DNA of 63,956 bases, counting the filler. It is 5 parts of 5 records of this genome, joined end to end, with 100 filler letters (N's around TTAATTAATTAA, not from the genome) between each part and the next. Parts side by side here need not be neighbours in the genome. Positions count along the whole stretch, not along the records: positions 15,073 to 26,521 come from SRR31156797_23323; 4 more parts are not named here. One strand, given 5' to 3'. Positions 18,001-26,405 of the stretch are shown piece after piece (position 1 is the first letter of the stretch; each line of letters starts with the position of its first letter). A program made the translations under genes and the position numbers. The notes below the pieces were generated by a model. It saw only the letters and a program-made list of their open reading frames with translations. It had not been told where the DNA came from and searched no databases.

Positions 18001-20855
18001 GGTGAAACCATGTCACTTGAATTTTTGGAAAAAGAAGATCGACCTTTCGTGTTTGACAAAGAGTCTTGGGAATTGTTCCGAATGGACGGAAGCGATAGAT
18101 CAAACTGGGTCAAAATTGAAGATTCTGACAGTTGCGTAAGGATCAGGTCCCAATCGTCCATCATTTCGGAGTTGGAAGCCAAGTCTTTGGCCGATGCTTT
18201 GGCCCGTGAACGTGCCGAATCGGCGGCGGCCTGATTGTAGGCCCTTCTACTTAGATCCTCTAACTCTTCCAGGGCGCCCCTTGCAACAAAGCGGGCGTCT
18301 CCTTCTTCATCCCTTGCAATCGGCGCCAGTTGGCGGGTAACGTCATAGATTTTATGGCCCAAACCGTTGTTCTTGGCGTCAATCATGGTCTGGGTGTTCA
18401 ACTGCAATTCCGCAACATGCCCGTTGGACATGGCCACGTTCATGAAGATGTCGCGGTAGCCACTGTGCATCGGCTTTTCATAGCGGTTTTTGATCCTGAA
18501 AACTGAATCATCATCCTTGAGCATCTGAAATGCGGCCGCCACTTCTTCAACGGTATCGAAAACCAGCGTTCCGGCAAGAATGTCTTTCAGGTTCCCATAC
18601 TCCCCGCCTTCATCATTCTTGGCCTTCTCAATAGCCCTTTCCCGGCTTTTGAGCCCCGGCCGCACCATGGCCTTCCCACCGGTCTTTTTTGCCCATTTCG
18701 CCATAAAGTCAGAAAACAGGGGTTGCGCTTCGGTTGCCTGCTCAAACAGGTCATCAATGGTTTTGACACCGGGCTGCTTCAGGGTCCTCTTGATTTCAAC
18801 CGTGGCTTTTTCTTCACCCAGGGCCTGAAGCGCATGAAAGGTCGTGTTTCCGTCCAGGATCTTGTATTTCCCGTTACCCATGGCAAGGACACTGATAGGC
18901 TTTCTCTTTTCCCCGGCCCCTTCTTTGGCGGCCGACATGTATTCATGGGCATGCTCCAGGCGGTTCGGATCCGGGGTTTCCCTTTTCACCAACTTATCCA
19001 GGGGCATAACGACGCTGGTATCAGTTGATTTCAGGTAGGGGGATATCTGGACATCCAGTTTTCCACCGAAAAGTATCTTGAAAACATTTGAAATGTCGTC
19101 CACGTCTTCCGCACGTTCAATTGCATGTCCCCAGTTGGAATGCGCGATTTCAGAAGGGTCTACTGCCATTTCGTATATGGGGGTGGCTGTAGATCCCATG
19201 ATTTGTCCTTTTGGAGCGGTTCCGCCATTTATCCTTGCGCTCTCTACCAAGTTTGCACCATTCCTCTTGACATCCATCACCCATTTGATTAATTTGTCTT
19301 TAGAAAGGTCGTTGAGACTCCGCCCCTGCATTGCACGCGGGTAAGCCTGAGTCTTAGTGGCCTTTTCCATTTCTGATTCGTCGGTTATGTGTGCATCCCT
19401 GAAAAGGTTAAGATGTCCTGTCCCTTCCTTATCTACTCGTACGGTTAACCTTGCATATATAGTTTCCCCATCGATGTTAGCCTTTACGCCATAGTGTAGC
19501 CACTTTTCGGTTTTCCTTGGATCATCTTCATTACGATGTTCTTCAAACAAGGGGACAGCGTCTTTCGTAAGGACCTTTAATGATGGTACAATTTTCACAA
19601 CCCTGATGTCAGCGCTGTGAGATTGTATTTCTCTATACCCTGGCATAATGAACTTTATGACGCGACGATCATATATATTCACCTCTTCCTTCAGATCTCG
19701 ATATAGTTCCATCGCCTTCTTTCGAATATGCTTTTTCTCAGAAAGCCCTTCAAATGGTGAAGTATTAATTTTGCAGGCATATGAATTAATTAGAAACTCA
19801 AGGCGTTCTTGAGGCGCCAAACTAAACAACCCATCAAGAACCACTCGGACTTCTTCAACCGACGTGGCGCTCCGAATAGCCTGCATCCATTCCGGATCAC
19901 CTGCCGATTCCAGGACCGGGGTTTCAATCGGTTTGGTGGTATCACCCTTCAGCCACGTTTTGAATTCATCAACAGAAAGGGAGACCATGCTGCCGAGGCC
20001 TTTCCACCCCTTCTCGTAGTTGGAAAGATAGGCGCCTGTGGCTTCTTTTTCGGAAGAAAAGCCCATCATAATTTTGTGTTCGTCAAAGGCCCCTTTTTCG
20101 TTCGTCTGGTTGACGATATAGACCGTGCTTGCGCCTTCCGGATCAGGTCCAAAAAAAACATCAAGGTGATCTTTGTCTTTGCCTACGGTGCCTTTGATGT
20201 AGCCATAATGATGATTGATTTTAGAGGTCCATTTCTTGCCGCTTCGGTCTACTCCTGATCTTTCGGACCCAGCGGGGTTCTCAATGGCGATATCCAGGCC
20301 CAGAACGCGCACATGGCCCTTCCGGTAGTTCCCGGATTCCTTTTGCGCTTCCGTAGGTTTTGGGAGATCGTTCTTCGGGGATTCAGCCGCCTTATGGGCT
20401 TCCTTATCAATCTTCACTGATTCCAAAACCGGATTTTCTTTCACAGCTTTCAACCCTTCCCATCCTGCCAGATACCAAGTTTTCCGGCCTCTCTCCCACG
20501 CAAGGGATACGACAAATCCTTGATATGTGATGTCTACGCGCCTGTTTCCAGGAGGCCCATACCGCTTTTTGATTTTGCCCCGGGAAAGGGCTTCAACCGC
20601 CTGCAAAATCGTCTCGTTACTTCCAGGCGCCTTCGAAAGAATGTTCGCAATCCCGTATCCGTCTTCATAGCCAAGAGTCTTATCGCCTTCTCTTCCCCAA
20701 AGGAATGATATCCACCCCAGATCCGGCCTAAACGCCGCATCTGGAAAATTCATCTTCCGATCAAGGACCAATTGCATGTTGACTTGTGCGGGAGTCACCC
20801 TTTCGGCAGGGTTAAGACGCTGCAAATATGCGGCACCTTCAAAGATTGCTGACAT
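15073..20855 (-). CDS. Giant polyvalent virion protein: BECR-like nuclease, inorganic pyrophosphatase, LPD3-like, ParB-like, RelA/SpoT, DdrB-like ParB, DarB-like N6-adenine methyltransferase (3' truncated)
   Basis: InPase: GNYRKGHV..IENPAGSERSG..YGYIKGT.GKDKDHLDVF. ParB-like: RKPISV..KILDGNT. RelA/SpoT: GLKSRERAIEK..LKDILAG..KNRY..SGYRDIFMNV..AELQ. DdrB-like: QPRQRDR..GAPIVG..VESGNGR. DarB-like: YSGKGGL..EYYTP..LDPCSGPG..NVPF. The BECR-like and LPD3-like calls are weaker. Confidence 0.85.
17959..18005 (+). promoter_or_regulatory. Antisense promoter and SD inside the polyprotein gene
   Basis: TTGACA (17959-17964), N17, TATGTC (weak -10); SD AGGAGGTGA at 17997-18005. Confidence 0.55.
18010..18234 (+). 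CDS. Nested antisense 74-aa protein, candidate antitoxin/immunity protein for the RelA/SpoT domain
   Basis: ATG 7 nt after AGGAGG; MSLEFLEKEDRPFVFDKESWELFRMDGSDRSNWVKIED...IISELEAKSLADALARERAESAAA. The overlapping polyprotein segment is Ser-rich and looks like a shadow frame. Confidence 0.7.
   Translation: MSLEFLEKEDRPFVFDKESWELFRMDGSDRSNWVKIEDSDSCVRIRSQSSIISELEAKSLADALARERAESAAA
19267..19366 (+). ncRNA. Antisense promoter plus ~65-nt structured RNA inside the polyprotein gene
   Basis: TTGACA (19267-19272), N17, TAATTT (19290-19295). A 17-bp stem (19304-19320 with 19349-19365) has four G-U pairs that form only on the + strand and ends in a U run. Confidence 0.55.
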
Positions 20856-20872
20856 CGGAAAGCCTCCAAGGG

Positions 20873-20905
20873 TCCCCCCTTTAACCTTCGCGGGGTCAAG
20901 GGGGC
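20873..20905 (-). other. GC-rich hairpin before the polyprotein RBS
   Basis: Minus strand CCCCCTTGACC...GGTTAAAGGGGG, no U-tract, followed by GGAGG and ATG. Confidence 0.45.
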
Positions 20906-20925
20906 AGTTGGGTAAGTCAGGGGTA

Positions 20926-21870
20926 TTAAGCAGCCGCTTTCATGTCAGCCGCTTTGATAATCGCTTCAACGGTTGTTCCGCCGTCTAGTGTGTAAATTTC
21001 AAGGACTTCGATGTTTGCAGATCCGAAGGAGGGCGCAGCACCCGCGCCCCAAAGATCCACTCCGGTCCATGTAATGGTGTGGTTGTCGGTATTATCCATA
21101 CGAAGGGTCAATACATCCGCAATCCCGGTCGCTTTCCAGTTCGAAAAAACAACGGTGCAATCGGCGCCAACGGTGATGGTTTGAAAATTTCCACCATCCA
21201 GGTCGATAATCACAAGGCCCGCCCCTTTGCCGGCCTTCACCGCCGTCGCTGCGCCATCCACGGCGATACCGGTTACGGTTGCAAACCATCCGGTACTCGT
21301 CACGGTGTTTCCATTGGGTCCCGTGATTTCTTCCGTCGAGGCATCCCCGTTTTCGTCGGTTCCCGTAACGGTCACGGTCACGCCGGAAAGGTCGTTGGCG
21401 GAGGTGAGCGTCACCTTACGGGGGACATCGAATTCAACCGCGCCATCGGAAACATCCGCCCCGTCAAGGGTAAGGGCGCCGGCTTCAGTGGGGCTTTGCA
21501 CTTCCGCAATGGCGTCATCATCCGCCGCATTGGGGTTCGTGCCAATGGCGCCCACTGCAACACCCACGCGGGAAGCATCGTTCGTCAATCGTCCATTGGC
21601 ATCCAAAGGCGCAAGCCCACCCGCCGCGCCCCTTTCGGAATAAGGTATTTTTGCAAGCGGGTCCGGGGTTTCCCCATCATCTGCCGGTGCCCCGGCGGTT
21701 GCGGTCAAAAGGTTTGATTCGGCATTGATTTTGGCTACGGCAGCCGGCGCCAGCGCGGAACCAATGGAAAAGGTTGTGGTTGCATTTGCAGCGCAAAGGA
21801 CATTGAACCCGGGACCAATGATATGTTCCTCGTTGCCACCATTCACGACTGATACGATTGTTTTCAACAT
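20926..21870 (-). CDS. Ala/Thr/Gly-rich putative virion structural (fibre or decoration) protein
   Basis: GAAGGLAPLDANG fibre-like motif, beta-rich composition, SD AAGGAG, phage late-gene context. Confidence 0.55.
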   Translation of the reverse strand: MLKTIVSVVNGGNEEHIIGPGFNVLCAANATTTFSIGSALAPAAVAKINAESNLLTATAGAPADDGETPDPLAKIPYSERGAAGGLAPLDANGRLTNDASRVGVAVGAIGTNPNAADDDAIAEVQSPTEAGALTLDGADVSDGAVEFDVPRKVTLTSANDLSGVTVTVTGTDENGDASTEEITGPNGNTVTSTGWFATVTGIAVDGAATAVKAGKGAGLVIIDLDGGNFQTITVGADCTVVFSNWKATGIADVLTLRMDNTDNHTITWTGVDLWGAGAAPSFGSANIEVLEIYTLDGGTTVEAIIKAADMKAAA

Positions 21871-21914
21871 GGTTTTTCTCCTTTAATTTGCTTCATCAAG
21901 TTCAATATCCAGCA

Positions 21915-22259
21915 TCACGCGGCCTTCTTTAGTTTGTCCTGGTTCGCCTCAATATAGTTGATGGTCGGGTTCTTCACCGGTTCCAGGTCGCCAATTTCCC
22001 GTACAATTTCATCCAGGATCACCAGGAATTCCCTGTGATTCTTGTTATTGAATTTGCCCGCAATCAGGTCTTTAAGCTTCTGGTTTTCACCGGCGCCCTG
22101 TCCCTGCGAAATCTTGAAGGACAGCTTTTCAAAGGCATCCTTCAATTCCTTTTGTGCGGCCCTTTTCTCCTTGAAAGAAAGGGATCCGCCTTTCAGGTCT
22201 TCCATTTTGGCCGCTACCACTTTTTGAAGGGCTCTTTTTTCCTTGAAAGATATGGCCAT
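21915..22259 (-). CDS. ddrA: DdrA-like protein
   Basis: 114 aa directly after darA; duplicated N-terminal helix (SFKEKRA x2) and C-terminal L.DLIAGKF..F..L..DL..VK..T..YI.AN pattern recalling P1 DdrA. Confidence 0.6.
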   Translation of the reverse strand: MAISFKEKRALQKVVAAKMEDLKGGSLSFKEKRAAQKELKDAFEKLSFKISQGQGAGENQKLKDLIAGKFNNKNHREFLVILDEIVREIGDLEPVKNPTINYIEANQDKLKKAA

Positions 22260-24097
22260 TATGCAGCCTCCTTTAACTGTTCCAGAACAACGGTGTAATG
22301 GTCTGCAGCCTCGTTCAAGAGATCGTCGTATTCATCCATCAACCCGGCTTCCTCAAGTTCATCGGCCGCCAGGTCAAGGGCACGGTCAAGGGCGTCCGGG
22401 TCATCGTCCAGGTCACCGTTTATGATGTTGTTGAGGGTTTGGACTGCGGGCGGGATTTCCACAGGAGTTTCTTCCTCGAGTTCCGGAATGGGTTCGGGGT
22501 CGGGCTCAATAACCGGTTCCTGCCCTTCATCAAAAACGATCACCTTCGGTTTGCTAAGACTTTTATCGAACTTCCAGGCCTTCCCTTTTTCTTTCATACG
22601 TCTGGTAAACTCCACGGTTTCATCGTCGATGTTCCCCTTTTTGGTTTCCAGGGACCTTTTCAGGGAAGCGTTTGACCGGCTTTTGAATTTCTTTTGGACA
22701 ATCTCTTCAATGGTCTCGCGCTCGGGGGTGGGTTCCGGTTCTGGTTCGATGTCCGGTTCGGGGGAAGTATCCAACTCCATGGATTTCTCATTGTAAGTAA
22801 GCAGGCTCCCACCGTTAATCGGTCGCGCCTTATATCGTCGGTCTCCCAACTCAGCATCATAGTTACCTACGGTTTCCACTTTAAGCCTGTCTGATCCGAC
22901 CTTGACGATATCGCCCGGTTTGAATTTCGGTTCCGGTTCCGGCCTGTTCGCATGACCACTGGTGTAGAGGTCTTCCACATATTTATCCCAATCCTCTTTT
23001 GATATTATGCCATCGTTGTACGCTTCCCATGTTCCGCCCGCTTCTTCCGCCCGACCAAGGCGAAGCCCAGGGACTTTCTCTTGCCCGAGATTCTGCAACC
23101 GCTTAACTTCGGCGGCCGCTTCGTCGGCTTTCTGGAGTCTCTGCCGGTCTCTTACGGTTGCCCTTAATACCTTAATGCCATCGCCAACAAGGGTCTGAAT
23201 CGTTTCATCCGTCATACCCAGATCCGAGGCCTCTTTCTTCAAGGCTTCAATGGCCGCGTTTTCTTCATCCTTCCGCGCCTGTTCCGCCTTCTCAGCCTCT
23301 GCCGCCTTCCACCGGTCAATTTGATCCTGAAGGTCGGCATTTCGGGTGATGGCCGCGTCAAGCTGTTCCTGCGTGTTATCAATCTGCATCTGCATATCGT
23401 CGGCATCTTCCGTCTGTGCGGAAAACTCCATCATGAGATTATCCCTATCAGCACCGACCATGGCCAAGTCCGCCTTTGCGGTTCGCAAGGCCGCTTTTTG
23501 CTTACCGACCTGCTTTGACCGCTTCTGGAACTTTTCGGAATTCTTGGCCGCAATCTGGGTGATACGCTTCGAAATCTGTTCAAGGGATACTTCACGGCCG
23601 GATTCGGGAGAAACGGCCTGGGTGATATCGCGTTTATTGAGGAGCCATCGGAAAGCAATGATTTCATCATCCGGCATAATTTTCGTGTTATCCCCATCGG
23701 GGGAATGGAAAACGATACTGATCACCTGCCCATCGGAAAGCGGGATTTGCACCGTAACGGAAGCAAAAAGCCCGGACTTTCGAACTTTTCCAATTTGCGC
23801 CGGATCCGCCTTGATACCATCGAAATTCTTGTTAAGGGCCCGGACCAATGCCGCCATACGCCTTGTGGTCTGCGAAAACTTACGCACCGTGACGGCCTCC
23901 AGCAGCATGTCAACAATGTCACCGGGGTTGAATTCTGTATCAATGTCTTCCAGGGTCGCGGTTTCCATCAAAAGGGCTTCCTGTTCGCCATCTGCGGAAA
24001 GGCCGTAATAAACATCTTCCAGCTCGGTATCGGTAAAGCCTTTCGCAAATAGATCCAGACCGCCTATCACCTTTATGCCTTCAGTCATCGGATTCAT
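22259..24097 (-). CDS. darA: Defense-against-restriction protein DarA
   Basis: RMAALVRALN, LSDGQVISIVFHSP, IIAFRWLLNKRDIT..V.P.SGR, KNSEKFQK; coiled coil; C-terminal LEEAG..DEYDDLLNEAADH matches the P1 DarA C-terminus as I recall it. Confidence 0.85.
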   Translation of the reverse strand: MNPMTEGIKVIGGLDLFAKGFTDTELEDVYYGLSADGEQEALLMETATLEDIDTEFNPGDIVDMLLEAVTVRKFSQTTRRMAALVRALNKNFDGIKADPAQIGKVRKSGLFASVTVQIPLSDGQVISIVFHSPDGDNTKIMPDDEIIAFRWLLNKRDITQAVSPESGREVSLEQISKRITQIAAKNSEKFQKRSKQVGKQKAALRTAKADLAMVGADRDNLMMEFSAQTEDADDMQMQIDNTQEQLDAAITRNADLQDQIDRWKAAEAEKAEQARKDEENAAIEALKKEASDLGMTDETIQTLVGDGIKVLRATVRDRQRLQKADEAAAEVKRLQNLGQEKVPGLRLGRAEEAGGTWEAYNDGIISKEDWDKYVEDLYTSGHANRPEPEPKFKPGDIVKVGSDRLKVETVGNYDAELGDRRYKARPINGGSLLTYNEKSMELDTSPEPDIEPEPEPTPERETIEEIVQKKFKSRSNASLKRSLETKKGNIDDETVEFTRRMKEKGKAWKFDKSLSKPKVIVFDEGQEPVIEPDPEPIPELEEETPVEIPPAVQTLNNIINGDLDDDPDALDRALDLAADELEEAGLMDEYDDLLNEAADHYTVVLEQLKEAA

Positions 24098-24687
24098 TAT
24101 GCAGCCTCCTTTAAGTCTTCAAGTTCGGCCATCAAGGTCTCAGTTTTCTGATTCTCAGTTTCCAATTTGGCCCGCAATTCAGCCAGGGTCTTGCCCTTTG
24201 TCTCAATGGCCGTGGTCAATTCCTGCACTTCCGCCTCAAGACCTTCATTTTCGGCCTTCATAAGGGACATGGACTGATTAACCGCCTCCAATTGTTTCTT
24301 TGCGCTGGTCGTGGCCGGCTTCAGGGGTTTAGGCGTTGGGAGATTTTTGTTTTCAAGGCGTTTCTTTTTCTGTTTCAAGAACTTGGGTTCATTCTTTTTT
24401 ACAAAGAGGATCACTTCTTTAACGGCTTTGTCCAGGTCATCCACATGCTTGATTGGTATGGCCTTATTGTTCAACTTTACCTGGAAGATGGAACCATTGG
24501 CCTTGGCCTTCAACAGCAACTTCTGCCCGCTTTCAAAAAAGAATGTGGCGGACTTTGTTTGATATCCTGATTCTCTTTTCGGCCGGTTCGTCGCCTCAAC
24601 CGTATTTATGGGAAGGCTCTGTTTAAAGGCATCGATCACCTTTTTTAACCCCTTCTCATTAAACTGCTTAAAGTCTATCGAAATCAT
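24097..24687 (-). CDS. hdf: Hdf-like protein (DarA_N domain plus coiled coil)
   Basis: IDFKQFNEKGLKKVI, GSIFQVKLNNKAIP; lies immediately upstream of darA as in P1. Confidence 0.75.
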   Translation of the reverse strand: MISIDFKQFNEKGLKKVIDAFKQSLPINTVEATNRPKRESGYQTKSATFFFESGQKLLLKAKANGSIFQVKLNNKAIPIKHVDDLDKAVKEVILFVKKNEPKFLKQKKKRLENKNLPTPKPLKPATTSAKKQLEAVNQSMSLMKAENEGLEAEVQELTTAIETKGKTLAELRAKLETENQKTETLMAELEDLKEAA

Positions 24688-25205
24688 AATCCTTTCTCCT
24701 TTTCGGGAAGGGTCCCCTCGAAAACTATTTCAAAACCTTTCCAATGGCGGAAGATATCCGCCAATTCATCCGGGGTTACGCCTTGCCAATATTCCAGGAT
24801 CTCGGCAAAATACAGGAATTCCGCTACAAGCTCTGAGCATACCGCCATGCCGAATCCCCACCTTGACAATGGCGGAAAAAGATGGAAAAGTATCCTATGC
24901 AGAGGGTAGGGGTCACCTATACGCTTTTGGCTTTTACCAAAGGCATTTTGAAAAAGGTGGGTATCCATATTGGCATGCCGTGCAATTAACACCGGCTTCC
25001 CGGCGTAATGATAAAGATCCCCCTCGGATACCCCTTTCCCAACAGATTCGAAAATATCACCCTGATTATTCAGGATGATTCCGGCATGTGAATATCTGGC
25101 TCTACCATCTGGGGCCCAGAACCGTTGGATTGCATTGATCATCTTTGAAACAATGCCCTTTGAATCCGACAAAAACATATCACCTGATTTTAAATCCATC
25201 ATCAC
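24684..25205 (-). CDS. Permuted papain-like (YiiX/YebB, NlpC/P60) amidase-family protein
   Basis: LKSGDMFL..YSHAGI (His) precedes CSELVA (Cys); TPDEL near the C-terminus. Confidence 0.75.
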   Translation of the reverse strand: MMMDLKSGDMFLSDSKGIVSKMINAIQRFWAPDGRARYSHAGIILNNQGDIFESVGKGVSEGDLYHYAGKPVLIARHANMDTHLFQNAFGKSQKRIGDPYPLHRILFHLFPPLSRWGFGMAVCSELVAEFLYFAEILEYWQGVTPDELADIFRHWKGFEIVFEGTLPEKEKGL

Positions 25206-25756
25206 AGCACCCTATAAACTTTGAATTCGTGATCGCCAATGAGTTTGATAACGTACTCGGAGCCACCGATTTCAAGCGTTTCAAAATCGGATTCAAGGAC
25301 CTGCAAAATGCCGGGGGGGCCTGAAGTTGTGTAATCGAATGTCGCAACCCCATCGGTGAACGCAACTTTCACGATGTCATGTACGGCGCCGTCACTGTTC
25401 CGGATGGTGATCCTCCGATTCAAGCCCGTTATGGCCGTAATGATATCGGAAGAAGGGGACTCGCCAACCCTGAATGTGACAGACACTCTCAAAGACTCCA
25501 CACCATTGTTTTGAATTCCGATAGGGTCCATGCCATCACCATCGGCAAGAGCCACATGGGCATATATATTGGCCGGCGTGGATACCTCCTCTGCCGAAAA
25601 CTCTTCCGTTTCGGAGTCATATGCCCACCCGGTTTGCGGTTGCGGGCTGACCGAGGAAACATCAATAATCGTAAGCCCGGCATTCCTTAAAGCCGTGACT
25701 CTATTCGGCTCAACTTCAATCGCGTTTGCTTTGCCGTTAATTATTTGCATATACAT
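25202..25756 (-). CDS. Phage tail-fibre-associated hypothetical protein
   Basis: PQPQTGWAYD...FSA motif seen in fibre assembly proteins; follows the Gly-rich fibre gene. Confidence 0.5.
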   Translation of the reverse strand: MYMQIINGKANAIEVEPNRVTALRNAGLTIIDVSSVSPQPQTGWAYDSETEEFSAEEVSTPANIYAHVALADGDGMDPIGIQNNGVESLRVSVTFRVGESPSSDIITAITGLNRRITIRNSDGAVHDIVKVAFTDGVATFDYTTSGPPGILQVLESDFETLEIGGSEYVIKLIGDHEFKVYRVL

Positions 25757-25762
25757 ATCTTT

Positions 25763-26392
25763 TTACCCCCAATACACTACGCAATAACCGGACCCGCCAG
25801 CCGCGCCATTTCCACCACCACCACCACCGCCTGTATTAGCAGCTGCCGCGGTATTGAGATCTACGCCAGGTCCATATGAACCGCCTCCGGACTCCCCTCC
25901 AACGCCATCTATGGCATTGTTGTTGGTGCAGGCCCCGCCGCCGTAATCGTAGCAGGCACCACTGCCACCCCCGAAACCTATACCGTCAACCCCTGGAAGG
26001 CCTGATCCATCGCCCGGACCTACTCCACCTCCCGGGCCTCCACCGTTCCCGCCGCCACCTTTATTCGTGCTAATCCCATACTTGCCATGGAACCCGCCCT
26101 GGGCATTAATGCTGCCGAAAGAAGAGGCACCGCCATTGCTCCCTGCAGCACCGCCCGCGCCAATGGTTACCGTAATAGACTCTGCCGGCGTCACGGCCAC
26201 CCGGTCCAAAAACTTACATTCACCGCCACCACCGCCGCCTCCATATCCGCCCGTGCCGCCGCCGCCGCCGCCGCCGACCAACAATAATGAGACCCATTCC
26301 ACACCGGCAGGAACGGTGAACGTACCGGAGCTTGTGAAAGCTTGAGAATTTATGGCCCCACCGGCCGCAAAAAACTGACTTAAGAATGACAT
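25763..26392 (-). CDS. Glycine-rich phage tail-fibre protein
   Basis: FTSSGTFTVPAGV..LVGGGGGGG..VTIGAGG..GGSGYCVVYW. Confidence 0.8.
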   Translation of the reverse strand: MSFLSQFFAAGGAINSQAFTSSGTFTVPAGVEWVSLLLVGGGGGGGTGGYGGGGGGGECKFLDRVAVTPAESITVTIGAGGAAGSNGGASSFGSINAQGGFHGKYGISTNKGGGGNGGGPGGGVGPGDGSGLPGVDGIGFGGGSGACYDYGGGACTNNNAIDGVGGESGGGSYGPGVDLNTAAAANTGGGGGGGNGAAGGSGYCVVYWG

Positions 26393-26405
26393 TTATGGTT
26401 CCCCC

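Noticed and set aside
17845-18009. Longer TTG-start version (129 aa) of the antisense ORF
   Set aside because: The extension overlaps the DdrB-like domain and lacks an SD. The promoter and SD point to the ATG at 18010.
15078-25787. Other + strand ORFs over the phage genes
   Set aside because: These are shadow frames with no SD or promoter noticed and with antisense-like composition.
25800-26280. CCG/CCA triplet runs
   Set aside because: They simply encode the poly-Gly tracts of the fibre protein.
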